Positions 17,631 through 27,107 of a DNA stretch of 64,000 bases are shown piece by piece. This stretch comes from an uncultured Clostridia bacterium. Its GTDB lineage: Bacteria > Bacillota > Clostridia > Christensenellales > UBA1242. The stretch covers positions 291,453 through 355,452 of the forward strand of contig CALWJY010000015.1 of the NCBI GenBank assembly GCA_944381135.1. The letters are read 5' to 3'. Numbering within the stretch: position 1 is the first letter of the stretch; each line of letters begins with the position of its first letter. The position numbers were made by a program, and so were the translations under genes. The notes under the pieces are model-generated. The model had not been told where the DNA came from. It was given only the letters and a program-made list of their open reading frames with translations, and searched no databases.

Positions 17631-18122
17631 TTATTTTGATGAAATATATTCCAAAAAATCTCGATATGGCTGAATGTGATATTTAAAGAATGTCTTGTTT
17701 TTAATCATCTTCTCAATTTCAGATTTGCTGAACCAAGCAACATTTTGCACTTCTTCGTCTTGCATCTTGATTTCTTCAAGATTTATGTCTTTTTTCAAAT
17801 AATAAAAATCAACAAAGTCGTCCTCAGTCTGAATGGTCTTATACAACACCAACTCTTTCTCATCCACATCAACTCCAAGCTCTTCCTTTATTTCAACAAC
17901 CATTCCTTGAATGCTGTTTTCTCCAGATTTTGGATGTCCTCCAGTGGTTGCCCATTGTCCTCCCTTGCTTAAAGAACGCTGTTGCAACAGCATTTCACCT
18001 TTTGAATTTTCGATGAAAACCATAACTGTCACATAGAACCTTCCTGCTGGCACAGGCTCATTTTTTTCAATCTTCTCTCCTGTAAGATTTCTGTTTGCGT
18101 CATACAAATCTCTAAGTTCCAT
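17631..18122 (-). CDS. NUDIX hydrolase
   Basis: The Nudix box 'GGHPKSGENSIQGMVVEIKEELG' (GX5EX7REUXEEXGU-like) is present. Confidence 0.85.
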   Translation of the reverse strand: MELRDLYDANRNLTGEKIEKNEPVPAGRFYVTVMVFIENSKGEMLLQQRSLSKGGQWATTGGHPKSGENSIQGMVVEIKEELGVDVDEKELVLYKTIQTEDDFVDFYYLKKDINLEEIKMQDEEVQNVAWFSKSEIEKMIKNKTFFKYHIQPYRDFLEYISSK

Positions 18123-18232
18123 AAATATAACCCCTTCCTTAAACTCAATATGTTACATTATATCATTAAAAACCTATCGTGTCAAATTATGATTGTTTTT
18201 ATGTCAAAAAGTTTTTATGATGGCTTAATCAC

Positions 18233-18265
18233 AAAAAAAACAGGCGGATTTGCCTGTTTTTGTTT
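18233..18265 (-). terminator. rho-independent terminator downstream of the 929-aa membrane protein gene
   Basis: AAAAAAAACAGGC-ggattt-GCCTGTTTTTGTTTTTT lies 52 nt after the stop at 18317. Confidence 0.55.
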
Positions 18266-18316
18266 TTTATTGACATTTGTTTAATTGCTTGATTTTTATT
18301 CGCAAAGTTGAAATCT

Positions 18317-21106
18317 TTATTTGCTCAAACCTTCGTCAATTGTTGCAACTGTCGCTGTTTCAGATGTTGTTGCAATCACTTCAACTCCCGTTTTTTGTGC
18401 TGAATATCCCGGAATTCTGCTTCCTGCAATGCAAGCAATTGCATTAACTTGAGAATATGATGCACCATTAACTGTCACATTGTAGGTTGAAACTTCACCG
18501 TTTGAAACGATTTCCATTGTCTGTCCATTTGATGTTTGAACCTCATTTTCTGCCAAAGTCAAAACTTCAACTTTTGCGCCATTTTTTGTTCTGACAACTT
18601 TTGTCCATGCCTCAGTTGCCCCAAAACTTCCGTCTTGGAAAACATATCCATCAAAATAGTTTGCAACAATTACTTCGTTTCCGTTTGTTGCGGACAACAT
18701 AGTTTCAAAATTTGAGAATCTTTCAACATCTTGTCCTTGAATGCTTGCTTCCAAGTTTGTGATGGTGTCTGCATCACCAGAAAGTTCAATTCTGTAGAGA
18801 TAATTCCCATCAGCAGTTCTTGCAAAGAGCGTTCCTTCAAAAACTGAGCTTTCTCCAATTGTGACTCTGTCTCCAGTTTGCACTCTAATTGCGTTTGAAA
18901 TGATTTGTTGCCCCTCAACAGAATTGATTGTTGTTTCTGTTGCTTCTTCTTTTGTTGGTTGGTCTGGTTCAACTTCTTTAGGCTCGTTCTTTGTGATTGT
19001 TTCACCAATCATATTTACACCAACGCCAGTTGAAATTCCATTTTCCAAACCTGTTGCAAAATTGGCACTGTTAAGGTTTTCAATTCCAGTTGATGTCGAA
19101 ATTGTTTCAATCAACGCGTCAACTGTTGCATCGTTGAGAACAACTTCTTTGTTTTCAATCACAGCATTTCCATTTTCATCAAAAGTCAAAATTCCGGTTT
19201 CTTCACCAAGCCATCCTCTTGCATTTGCGAAAATTTCATTTGCAACTTGTTCGCCAACATATTGTCCAAGCAATGTTGAAAAAGTTGTGTTGTATGCATT
19301 CACTGCATTTGTGTTTGTTTCGTCTGTTCCAAAATTTGCAATGATTGCATTTTTTGCTGCATCACTCAAAACAATTGCTGTTGGCATGTTGCCTGTTTCA
19401 CCATTTGTGAGAGTTGTTTCTTGAAGAGTTATGAACGAATTGTTTCCAAGAGCATCAATTGCGTCAATTGCATTCTGAACATCTGCCTCAGCCTCCGCTT
19501 TTGCATTTTCAATCAATTCATTTTCATCCACAATTTCTGGCGCCCTGTTCATTTCAACTTCAATATCTTTAAGTCCAACTGCAAGTCCGGCTTGCAAGCC
19601 TGCACTCAATGAATCTTCATCAAAAACAACATCGCCGTTTTCGCTGTATGTTGCTGACAATTCTTTAACCAACTCGTCAAAGAGGTCACCTGCCACTTCG
19701 TTGTTCAAAACAGGCACACCATCTTCCTTCACAATTTGCCCGTTGCTGTTGAATGTCAAAAGCCCTGATGCTTCACCCAAATATCCTTCAAAATTGTCTG
19801 CAAGTTGTTGTGCAACAATTTGACCAATTTGCATTCCAACTTGTTCGGAATATGCTTCTTGATATGCACTGATTGCTTGGCTGTTGGTTTCAGCTGTGTC
19901 AAAATTTGCAACGATTACAGCAATTGCATCTTCACTCAATTCAACCGATGTTGGCTTCTTGCCTGCCTCTCCTGTTGTCAATGTGATGTCTTCAGAACCA
20001 ATTGTAACCCCGTCACTGATGCCATTAATTTGATTGATGGCATTTTGTGCATCTGTCACAGCCTCTGCCTCAGCTCTGTCAATTGCTTCATTGGTTTGTG
20101 TTTGTTCGTTGTGTTTATCGTTTTCTTCCTTAAGGTTGCTGGAATTAACTTGTCCTACGACTGCCCACACTCCAAATGCAAGTCCGACGGCAACAACAGC
20201 GCTCAAAACACCAATTCCAATTTTCTTAAGTTTCCCGCTTTTTTTCCTTTCTTCTCCCAACTCACCTTCTGCGGCTGCTTTATCGCTCTCTGCAGTGTCT
20301 GCTCTTGCCTTTTCTGCATTAGCCCGAGTAGTTTCTGCTGCAAGACTTGCATTCAATGTTGCAATTTGCCCCCTTAAAGTGCTTATTGTTGCATCTCTAT
20401 CGGTGATATGTGCAGTTGCTTTTGCATGCTTTTCTTTTTCTTTAGAAAGCTTTTCTTCCAATCTGTAAACTTCCCTGTCCAACCTGACAGATTCATCCGC
20501 GTGCTCTCCCACAACTTCTTGAGCAATTCTTAAAGCTTCTTGCCTTTCATTTCGAGCAGTTGTCAATTCTGCAAGAATGCCTTGTTTTTCCTTAAGAAGA
20601 TTGGAAATCATTTTTGTTGCCTTCGCATGCTTTGCTTCCTTACGATACAATTTTTTGTCAAGACTTTCAGCTGTTGCCGTCATATTGCCGGCATCAACTT
20701 CAAGAGCAGCCATTTGGGCATTTACAACTCTAAGTCTTTCAATAAGTCCATTATATTTTTCTTCTGTCACGCTGAACGCAGGCGCGCCTGTTGGAGATGC
20801 GATTGGTGCGCCAGCAACCGCTCCGCTTGCTGATTTTTTTGCATTCTTTTTTTGTGCGTAGGCGTCTTTTATTTCATCAACAAAATCTGAAGTTTTGTCG
20901 TTATATTTGATGACACAATCATCAACAGAAACAAAACCGCCTCGTTTTTGCTCAACCTTTCTGGCAGTTTTAACTGCCCCTTTTTCATCTTTATAATATA
21001 TGTTGCCATCATAAATCAAGAAAGTGATTTTCTCTCCACCTTCTGTTGTGATGGCTGAACTTTTTGCTCCACCTGCAACCAATTCGTCAAAAGTTGTTTT
21101 TTTCAT
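18317..21106 (-). CDS. type-II (N-in) membrane protein: cytoplasmic coiled-coil region, single TM helix, ~600-aa extracellular region with an internal duplication
   Basis: I trimmed the start to the ATG at 21106, which follows GGAGGTG. A heptad-like Ala/Lys/Glu-rich region covers ORF aa 140-315. The TM helix 'IGIGVLSAVVAVGLAFGVWAVVG' maps to about 20150-20224. I recognise no enzyme motifs. Confidence 0.7.
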   Translation of the reverse strand: MKKTTFDELVAGGAKSSAITTEGGEKITFLIYDGNIYYKDEKGAVKTARKVEQKRGGFVSVDDCVIKYNDKTSDFVDEIKDAYAQKKNAKKSASGAVAGAPIASPTGAPAFSVTEEKYNGLIERLRVVNAQMAALEVDAGNMTATAESLDKKLYRKEAKHAKATKMISNLLKEKQGILAELTTARNERQEALRIAQEVVGEHADESVRLDREVYRLEEKLSKEKEKHAKATAHITDRDATISTLRGQIATLNASLAAETTRANAEKARADTAESDKAAAEGELGEERKKSGKLKKIGIGVLSAVVAVGLAFGVWAVVGQVNSSNLKEENDKHNEQTQTNEAIDRAEAEAVTDAQNAINQINGISDGVTIGSEDITLTTGEAGKKPTSVELSEDAIAVIVANFDTAETNSQAISAYQEAYSEQVGMQIGQIVAQQLADNFEGYLGEASGLLTFNSNGQIVKEDGVPVLNNEVAGDLFDELVKELSATYSENGDVVFDEDSLSAGLQAGLAVGLKDIEVEMNRAPEIVDENELIENAKAEAEADVQNAIDAIDALGNNSFITLQETTLTNGETGNMPTAIVLSDAAKNAIIANFGTDETNTNAVNAYNTTFSTLLGQYVGEQVANEIFANARGWLGEETGILTFDENGNAVIENKEVVLNDATVDALIETISTSTGIENLNSANFATGLENGISTGVGVNMIGETITKNEPKEVEPDQPTKEEATETTINSVEGQQIISNAIRVQTGDRVTIGESSVFEGTLFARTADGNYLYRIELSGDADTITNLEASIQGQDVERFSNFETMLSATNGNEVIVANYFDGYVFQDGSFGATEAWTKVVRTKNGAKVEVLTLAENEVQTSNGQTMEIVSNGEVSTYNVTVNGASYSQVNAIACIAGSRIPGYSAQKTGVEVIATTSETATVATIDEGLSK
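19085..20083 (-). repeat. internal ~190-aa protein-level duplication in the extracellular region
   Basis: 'EAEAVTDAQNAINQINGIS..TLTTGEAGKKPTSVELSEDAIAVIVANFDTAETNSQAISAYQ..' aligns with 'EAEADVQNAIDAIDALGNN..TLTNGETGNMPTAIVLSDAAKNAIIANFGTDETNTNAVNAYN..'. Confidence 0.65.
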
Positions 21107-21216
21107 AAACACCTCCGTTTTCTTGTCCATATTATACTTCATTTTGGGTGTGGTGTCAATACCCTTTCCCAAAAAATAATTCATTTTTTACAATATTTTG
21201 CCAAATTTTCTCAATC

Positions 21217-21240
21217 AAAAACCAATTTTTGTTGGTTTTT
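21217..21240. terminator. AT-rich hairpin, probable terminator of the HD-domain gene
   Basis: AAAAACCAA-tttttg-TTGGTTTTT is a perfect 9-bp stem. Confidence 0.4.
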
Positions 21241-21385
21241 GAAGTGTCTCCCCCCTTTTTCAGAGTGAGAACCTCATATTTTTATATGCATTTTGGCAGA
21301 TTGATTTGAATTAAACAAAGAAAAACACAAAAAGTGTCAAAATTTTTGAAAAACAACAAAATTTCATCAAAAAATCACAAATAAA

Positions 21386-21979
21386 TCAATCAGAAATGAC
21401 AGTTTCGTCCAAATATGATGCCATATAGTCAGCAAGGTGAAAGAGGAATGCAATTGGATGACGATAGAACACATCTGAAAGAATGGAAGAATGTTCTGCA
21501 CGAGGGTCGAACGCGCCCATATGCCAATTGATTGCCATTGCCTCCTCGCGCGTCAAGCGCATGAAACCAGAAATCATATAGACCGATTTTTCTCCATGCC
21601 CATATGGCAGAGGGTCGAAATATTTAAAATATGGCTTTTGCACCCACTGTCCATCCACTTTGACATTGCGCGTATCGACGGTGTAGGTGTTGACTTTGCA
21701 GATGTCGTGCAAAAGTGCAATGATTGCCACGCTTTCTGGCGAGATTTTTTCCGTCCAACTTTCGCCATATTCATTTTGAAGAAGTTTGAGAAACCTTTTA
21801 TACACATTCAAACTGTGAAAACAAAGTCCACCCTCAAAATTGGAGTGCCTGCGCCCCGATGCTGGTGCGGTGAAAAAATCTGATTTTTCAAGATAGTTTA
21901 AAAGTTCTTCCGCTCCATCCCTCTCCACATTGTCATAGAAAATTTCCAAAAATTCCTGCTTAAGTGCTTCAACATCCAT
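21386..21979 (-). CDS. HD-domain phosphohydrolase
   Basis: 'GRRHSNFEGGLCFHSLNV' and 'ALLHDICK' supply the H...HD metal-ligand pattern. Confidence 0.75.
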   Translation of the reverse strand: MDVEALKQEFLEIFYDNVERDGAEELLNYLEKSDFFTAPASGRRHSNFEGGLCFHSLNVYKRFLKLLQNEYGESWTEKISPESVAIIALLHDICKVNTYTVDTRNVKVDGQWVQKPYFKYFDPLPYGHGEKSVYMISGFMRLTREEAMAINWHMGAFDPRAEHSSILSDVFYRHPIAFLFHLADYMASYLDETVISD

Positions 21980-22349
21980 TTTCTTTTCTCCCTTTCTTTT
22001 GTTGAATGATTGATGTAAAATCCAAATTTTTGCTTATTTTTGCTTAAACTTTTGCAATTTTATTTGAATTTTTGTATTTTTTTTGACATTTTATATTATT
22101 CTTGTCGTTTTTTATTGTTTGTTTTTCCACATATTTTTGTTTTGTCGCATTTCTCTTGACAAAAAATTGTTTTCAAAAATCAAACAAAAATTGAAAAATT
22201 AATAAAAATTACATTAAATTACATTAAAAATTGAAATTTTTGTTGTTATATATTGCCATATTTTATATATTACATCATTTTCTTATTTTTTCAAAACAAA
22301 TTCTCTGATGTTTTGGTTTTGCAGTAAGATTTTGCCACTTTTCAAGATT

Positions 22350-23282
22350 TCAGCAATAAAGAATGCCAAAAACCAAATAATATAATGCATTTTCAATTTG
22401 CATTTGTCCGCTTTTGATGAAATAGTCCACATCGTTCAACATTTCATATATGTTTTTAAGTTGCAGTTTGCTGAAGTTTTTGGAAAGTTGTCTTGCCTTG
22501 ACAATGGCAAACTCTTTCACGGAAAGCGCCTCGGAAAGTTCTTTGTCAGCCATGTCAGACACAGCCACAAAAAACAGTCTCCTGAAATGGTTGAGAATGA
22601 GGACAAATGTCTTCGTGTCCTTTTCCATCAAATTTAGAAGTGAAACCGCCCTTGAGGCATCGCGTTTGGAAAGTGCGTCAGTCAGTTCGAAAACAGTGAA
22701 CTCGGTCTCCTTGCAAACAAGATTGTCGATTGTCTTTTCCGTGATTTCAATGTCGTCACAAGAGATGAGTTTTTGAAGTTCGTTGTTGATGAGAGAATAA
22801 TATCCACAGCACGCATCAATCAGTTTTTGACATGCGTCAGAAGAGATGTGTTTGCCGTTTTTGTTAAGTTCGGAAACAATGATTTCTTTGAGGCTTTGGT
22901 CTTCCAGCCTTTTGGCGCTGACTTTCTCTGCAATCAAAAAATCAAATTTGTTGAAAAAGTCAAAAACCACCAAGCAAGTGCTTGGAACGGGTGCTTTCAA
23001 ATATGTCTGCAATTTCTTTTTGAAAGCGTCCGAAAATTTGGTGATGTTTTTGAGAAGCACAACTTTCTTTTCGCTTCCCATTGGCAGTGTTTCGCAACTG
23101 TCAATCACGCGGTCGGCGTCAAAAGATTCGTCATCAAAAGTGATGAAATTGAAATCTTCTAAACTTAAATTGCACGCCTTTTTGATGAGGTCCAGCGCGC
23201 GAGAATAGAGAAGCACATCCTCTCCTTGAATGACATAGCATGCTTCAACCTTTTTTGTAAGTCTTGATTTTAATGTTTTCAA
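22350..23282 (-). CDS. holA: DNA polymerase III delta subunit
   Basis: At ~310 aa, the length and motifs ('VIQGEDVLL', 'LQKLISC..', the C-terminal helical domain) fit HolA. The gene sits directly downstream of comEC, as in Bacillus. The TTG start at 23282 follows AAGGAGG and forms a TTGA overlap with the comEC stop. Confidence 0.8.
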   Translation of the reverse strand: MKTLKSRLTKKVEACYVIQGEDVLLYSRALDLIKKACNLSLEDFNFITFDDESFDADRVIDSCETLPMGSEKKVVLLKNITKFSDAFKKKLQTYLKAPVPSTCLVVFDFFNKFDFLIAEKVSAKRLEDQSLKEIIVSELNKNGKHISSDACQKLIDACCGYYSLINNELQKLISCDDIEITEKTIDNLVCKETEFTVFELTDALSKRDASRAVSLLNLMEKDTKTFVLILNHFRRLFFVAVSDMADKELSEALSVKEFAIVKARQLSKNFSKLQLKNIYEMLNDVDYFIKSGQMQIENALYYLVFGILYC

Positions 23283-25468
23283 TCTAAACACCTCCTTGAG
23301 AAATTATTGCCATCAATTTGAAATGATATATTCCCTGACTTCTCAAATGAAAAGTCAGCCGTGGCGCAATCATAGCGTGTCAAAACAACACTTTCAGAAC
23401 TGAAATGGGAAGCACATTCGTCTTGCTCGCCCAAAATCACAAAGTCATAGGTGGAAACAGGCAAGGCGTCAAGTGCCTCGTCTGAAGTTGTCCAATCTTT
23501 CAAAATGAAAACTGTGGTGTCGTCAAAAGAAATCTCCAAGCCTGTCAGTCGTCCGCGATTTCCTCTGAACACAAACGAAAAACCTCCAACCGTGCCCGGC
23601 TGGTTGAGTTCCACCAAGGTCTCTTCGTCATAGCCCTGCCCTTCGTCACATCTTATGATTGTGTCAACACCAATCATGTTGGCAGTGTTATTATATATTG
23701 TTGGTTTTTGCAAGACAAACGCCGTGCTGATGTTTTTGATTTCCAGCGCATTCAAAAGGTCGCGCGTGAAATTTTCATATCCAAAATCGACAATCACACT
23801 TTCACCGGCACTGTTTGTCAAAACCACAACGCTGTTGGAATAGTTCTGCGCATACACAACCGAAGATTGCACAGGAAATTGAACAAAACTTAACCCACAA
23901 AAAATTCCGCTCAAAGCAAAGACAGTGGAGCAGCAAATTGCCTTTCTTTTCTTGCTTGCCATGAAAAACTTGCTGAGCAAGAAAAAGCCCAAAAACAATG
24001 TCGCCACAAAGAATATGTCAAACGGCTGGACATCCACTGAAAGTTGTGTCTGCCCAAAGAAATCGGCAACAATTTCAATCAGCCTGAAACCCCATCCACC
24101 AACTTGAAGCGTGAACCCCAGAAACGGCAAAAATGTGCAAAGAAGCGCACACACCACCACATATGGAAACAGAACGCCAAAAAACGGGACAACAAGCAAG
24201 TTGACAAAGAAGCCTAAGAGGACAACCCCGCCATACATCCTTGCAACAAAAGGCAAGATTGCCACTGTTGCACCAATGGAAATTGCAAAAGAATTTGCAA
24301 CACATTTTGGAAGAAATGTTTGCAAAATTTTCTTCACCCAAGGAGAGATTATGTAGATTCCAAGCACACAGAAGAAACTCATCAAGAAGCCAAGGTCGAG
24401 GGCAGACAGAGGCATGAACAACAAAATGATGAGACCCGCAAACCCAAGCGAATTTAAACTGTCATAGCATTTCCCACATAGTTGAGTGGAAAAAAGCACC
24501 AACCCCATCAAGCCCGCTCTCAAAATTGATGGCGAAAAGTTGCACAGCGAGGCATAGAGAAGCAGAAATGCAAAACAAAGCAAGAAATTCCAAATGCCTC
24601 TGATTCTGATTTTTTTAAGCGTCCATCCAAGAAGGGCAATCAGAAAAGAAACATGAAGTCCGGACACGGTCAGAAGATGTATGATGCCGGCTGAGTTGTA
24701 GGCATCATAGATTTCATCCTCGACACCGCTTTTGTCACCAAAAATCACCGCATAGGCAACCGCACCTTCTCTCTCGCCCATATGCTGATTGAGCGTTTCT
24801 TTGATTTCCAGACGGAAACTCTCATCCCAAGTGATGCAATTTCCTTGCACCACAACATCCTTGGCGTCCACCTCACATGCGTATGGCGTGCGCTTGCGAT
24901 AATACTGACTGTTGAAGTTTCCAAGTGTGAACAACTTGACCTTTTCAACGCGCGAGACAAACATAATTTCATCGCCAATTTGGAAATCGTCCTCGCTGTC
25001 AAAGTTAAGCGTCAAATAGATGTTCCCAGCGGACTGCCCGTCAATCTCAACATCTTTCAAAATCACACGCGCACTTCCACCATAGTCCGAATATGAAATG
25101 TCGTCAGATATTCTGCCGTAAATCGTCACTTCATCGGAGTATGTTTTGCCTTCAAAGACTGCCACACCAGCAAAAAACCAACCAAGTCCAAACATGAAAA
25201 CAGAAAGCACAACAGCCAAAGTCTTGAAACTTCGCGCCCAAATGCAATATCCAAAAAAAACAAGCAAAATAACGACATCAAAAACAATGTATCTTATGTT
25301 TCCATCAAAAATAAACTTTGATGTTGCAATTGCAAGCATCAAAGAAAGAAAAGCATAAAAAAGCGGTCTTGAATTGAAAAACTTTTTCTTATTGTCCTTT
25401 CCTTCCGCTTCTGCATTGATTCCTCTTTTTGTTTCAACATCTGAATTGACTGTTGTTTTTTCTTCCAT
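23279..25468 (-). CDS. comEC: ComEC/Rec2 family DNA internalization channel protein
   Basis: The N-terminal TM and OB-like region (DUF4131-like) is followed by the multi-TM Competence domain ('AGIIHLLTVSGLHVSFL'). The start is uncertain: the ATG at 25468 lacks a clear SD, and the track start at 25519 is a TTG. Confidence 0.8.
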   Translation of the reverse strand: MEEKTTVNSDVETKRGINAEAEGKDNKKKFFNSRPLFYAFLSLMLAIATSKFIFDGNIRYIVFDVVILLVFFGYCIWARSFKTLAVVLSVFMFGLGWFFAGVAVFEGKTYSDEVTIYGRISDDISYSDYGGSARVILKDVEIDGQSAGNIYLTLNFDSEDDFQIGDEIMFVSRVEKVKLFTLGNFNSQYYRKRTPYACEVDAKDVVVQGNCITWDESFRLEIKETLNQHMGEREGAVAYAVIFGDKSGVEDEIYDAYNSAGIIHLLTVSGLHVSFLIALLGWTLKKIRIRGIWNFLLCFAFLLLYASLCNFSPSILRAGLMGLVLFSTQLCGKCYDSLNSLGFAGLIILLFMPLSALDLGFLMSFFCVLGIYIISPWVKKILQTFLPKCVANSFAISIGATVAILPFVARMYGGVVLLGFFVNLLVVPFFGVLFPYVVVCALLCTFLPFLGFTLQVGGWGFRLIEIVADFFGQTQLSVDVQPFDIFFVATLFLGFFLLSKFFMASKKRKAICCSTVFALSGIFCGLSFVQFPVQSSVVYAQNYSNSVVVLTNSAGESVIVDFGYENFTRDLLNALEIKNISTAFVLQKPTIYNNTANMIGVDTIIRCDEGQGYDEETLVELNQPGTVGGFSFVFRGNRGRLTGLEISFDDTTVFILKDWTTSDEALDALPVSTYDFVILGEQDECASHFSSESVVLTRYDCATADFSFEKSGNISFQIDGNNFSRRCLD

Positions 25469-25697
25469 ATTTAAAAGTGATGATATCACATTTCGTGCCT
25501 TTTTGCAACAAAATGGCAAAAACTGAGAAATCTTTACACTTAAAATTTTTTAATTTATGCAAGCCCAACCTTTTTTTTGCTTAATTGTGAAAAAAAGAAT
25601 TTTTTCTTAAAACCAAAGGACATAGGAAATTAAATTAAATCCATTTATGCAATATAATGGAAAAACAAAATAATTATTTAAAATTTTTTAAAAATAC

Positions 25698-25726
25698 TTG
25701 TCTTTTTGTGTCGATAAATGTATAAT
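25698..25726 (+). promoter_or_regulatory. sigma-70-type promoter of the GT2 operon
   Basis: TTGTCT (25698-25703) is followed by a 17-nt spacer and TATAAT (25721-25726). Confidence 0.5.
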
Positions 25727-25763
25727 GGCAATGAAATATGTCTTGAAGGAGTTTGTTTTTAAA

Positions 25764-27107
25764 ATGAGTTATATTGATGTGGTTAATATAGTTATGCTGG
25801 TGATTGGAATTTTGACAGCAATTTTTCCAATTCAATATGCGATAATTTTCATTATTGGAATTTTTGCCAAAAGAAAAACTTTTCCAGAAAGAGAAGAAAA
25901 GTTGAGATATGGTGTGGTGATTTGCGCCCGCAATGAAGAAAAAGTGGTTGGAAATTTGGTGGAAAGCATCCGCAAATGCAACTATCCTCAAGACAAATTG
26001 GATGTTTTTGTGATTGCCCACAACTGCACAGACAACACAGCAAAAGTTGCACGAGAAAGTTGCGGGGGCGATTGCGTTGTTTATGAATATAACAACAACT
26101 CCGAACGCACAAAAGGCTATGCCTTAAAACGAATTTTTCAATGCATTGAGAAAGATTATGGAATCATGAATTATGATGGTTTCTTTGTTTTTGACGCCGA
26201 CAATGTTTTGGACGGCGAATTTTTCAATAAAATGAATGATGCGTTTTTATATTATGATAAACAAAACGCCATCACCTCTTTTCGCAATTCAAAAAATTTT
26301 GGAGCAAACTGCCAAACTGCAATGTATGGCATTCTTTATGTTGCAGGTTGTCGCTTGGAATCTGGTGGAAGAATGGCGCTCAATTGCTCTTCTCGAATTT
26401 TAGGTTCTGGTTTTCTTGTCAGCTCCGAAATGGTTAAGGATGGTTGGAACATCGTGATTCTTTCAGATGACACAGATTTCACAATTGACCAAGTGCTTCA
26501 AGGCAAAAAAGTTATGTATTGCGATGAGGCAATGTATTATGACGAGCACCCCACAACATTCAAAGCTATGTGGCGTCAAAGACTGAGATGGGCAAAAGGC
26601 ACATTGATTGTTTGCAAACAAAGAATCAAAGACCTTTGGAAAACTGTGTTTGGTTTGAAGAAAAAAGGAAAAGAAGAAAAACAACTGCGTGGTTCTTCTT
26701 TTGATTTGATTTGCACAATTCTTCCAGTGGGTGCAATTGGTGTTGTCATCTTAATTTTAAATGTAATTTTGATTTCCCTTTCTCCTTTGTTTGGTTGCGA
26801 CGTCGCTGAGGCGTTCAGAATTTGGGGTGTAACTTTTGGGTTTTCTACACTTTTTGGTTATGTTGGATTATTGATTAGCGCAATCATTTGCTATATAAAA
26901 GAAAGACACAGAATCAAAAATGTTCCTTTGCACATTAAGATTTTTTCTTCTTTATTGTGGCCGTTTTTTGCAATTCTGCTGGTTCCATTGCAGATTGTTG
27001 CAATGTTCACAAGAAAGTTCACATGGACTCCAATTGAACATTCCTACACGGCAAATCATTCAAGCTTTAATGCTGAAGAAACAAAAGAAATAAAGGAGAA
27101 AAAATAA
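25764..27107 (+). CDS. membrane-embedded family-2 glycosyltransferase (processive synthase-like)
   Basis: An N-terminal TM helix precedes the GT-A core 'VVICARNEE', 'FVFDADN' (DxD) and 'QRLRWAKG' (Q(R/Q)xRW-type motif of processive GT2 synthases). Four or five C-terminal TM helices follow. The ATG at 25764 lies downstream of the promoter and 12 nt after GAAGGAG. Confidence 0.8.
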   Translation: MSYIDVVNIVMLVIGILTAIFPIQYAIIFIIGIFAKRKTFPEREEKLRYGVVICARNEEKVVGNLVESIRKCNYPQDKLDVFVIAHNCTDNTAKVARESCGGDCVVYEYNNNSERTKGYALKRIFQCIEKDYGIMNYDGFFVFDADNVLDGEFFNKMNDAFLYYDKQNAITSFRNSKNFGANCQTAMYGILYVAGCRLESGGRMALNCSSRILGSGFLVSSEMVKDGWNIVILSDDTDFTIDQVLQGKKVMYCDEAMYYDEHPTTFKAMWRQRLRWAKGTLIVCKQRIKDLWKTVFGLKKKGKEEKQLRGSSFDLICTILPVGAIGVVILILNVILISLSPLFGCDVAEAFRIWGVTFGFSTLFGYVGLLISAIICYIKERHRIKNVPLHIKIFSSLLWPFFAILLVPLQIVAMFTRKFTWTPIEHSYTANHSSFNAEETKEIKEKK

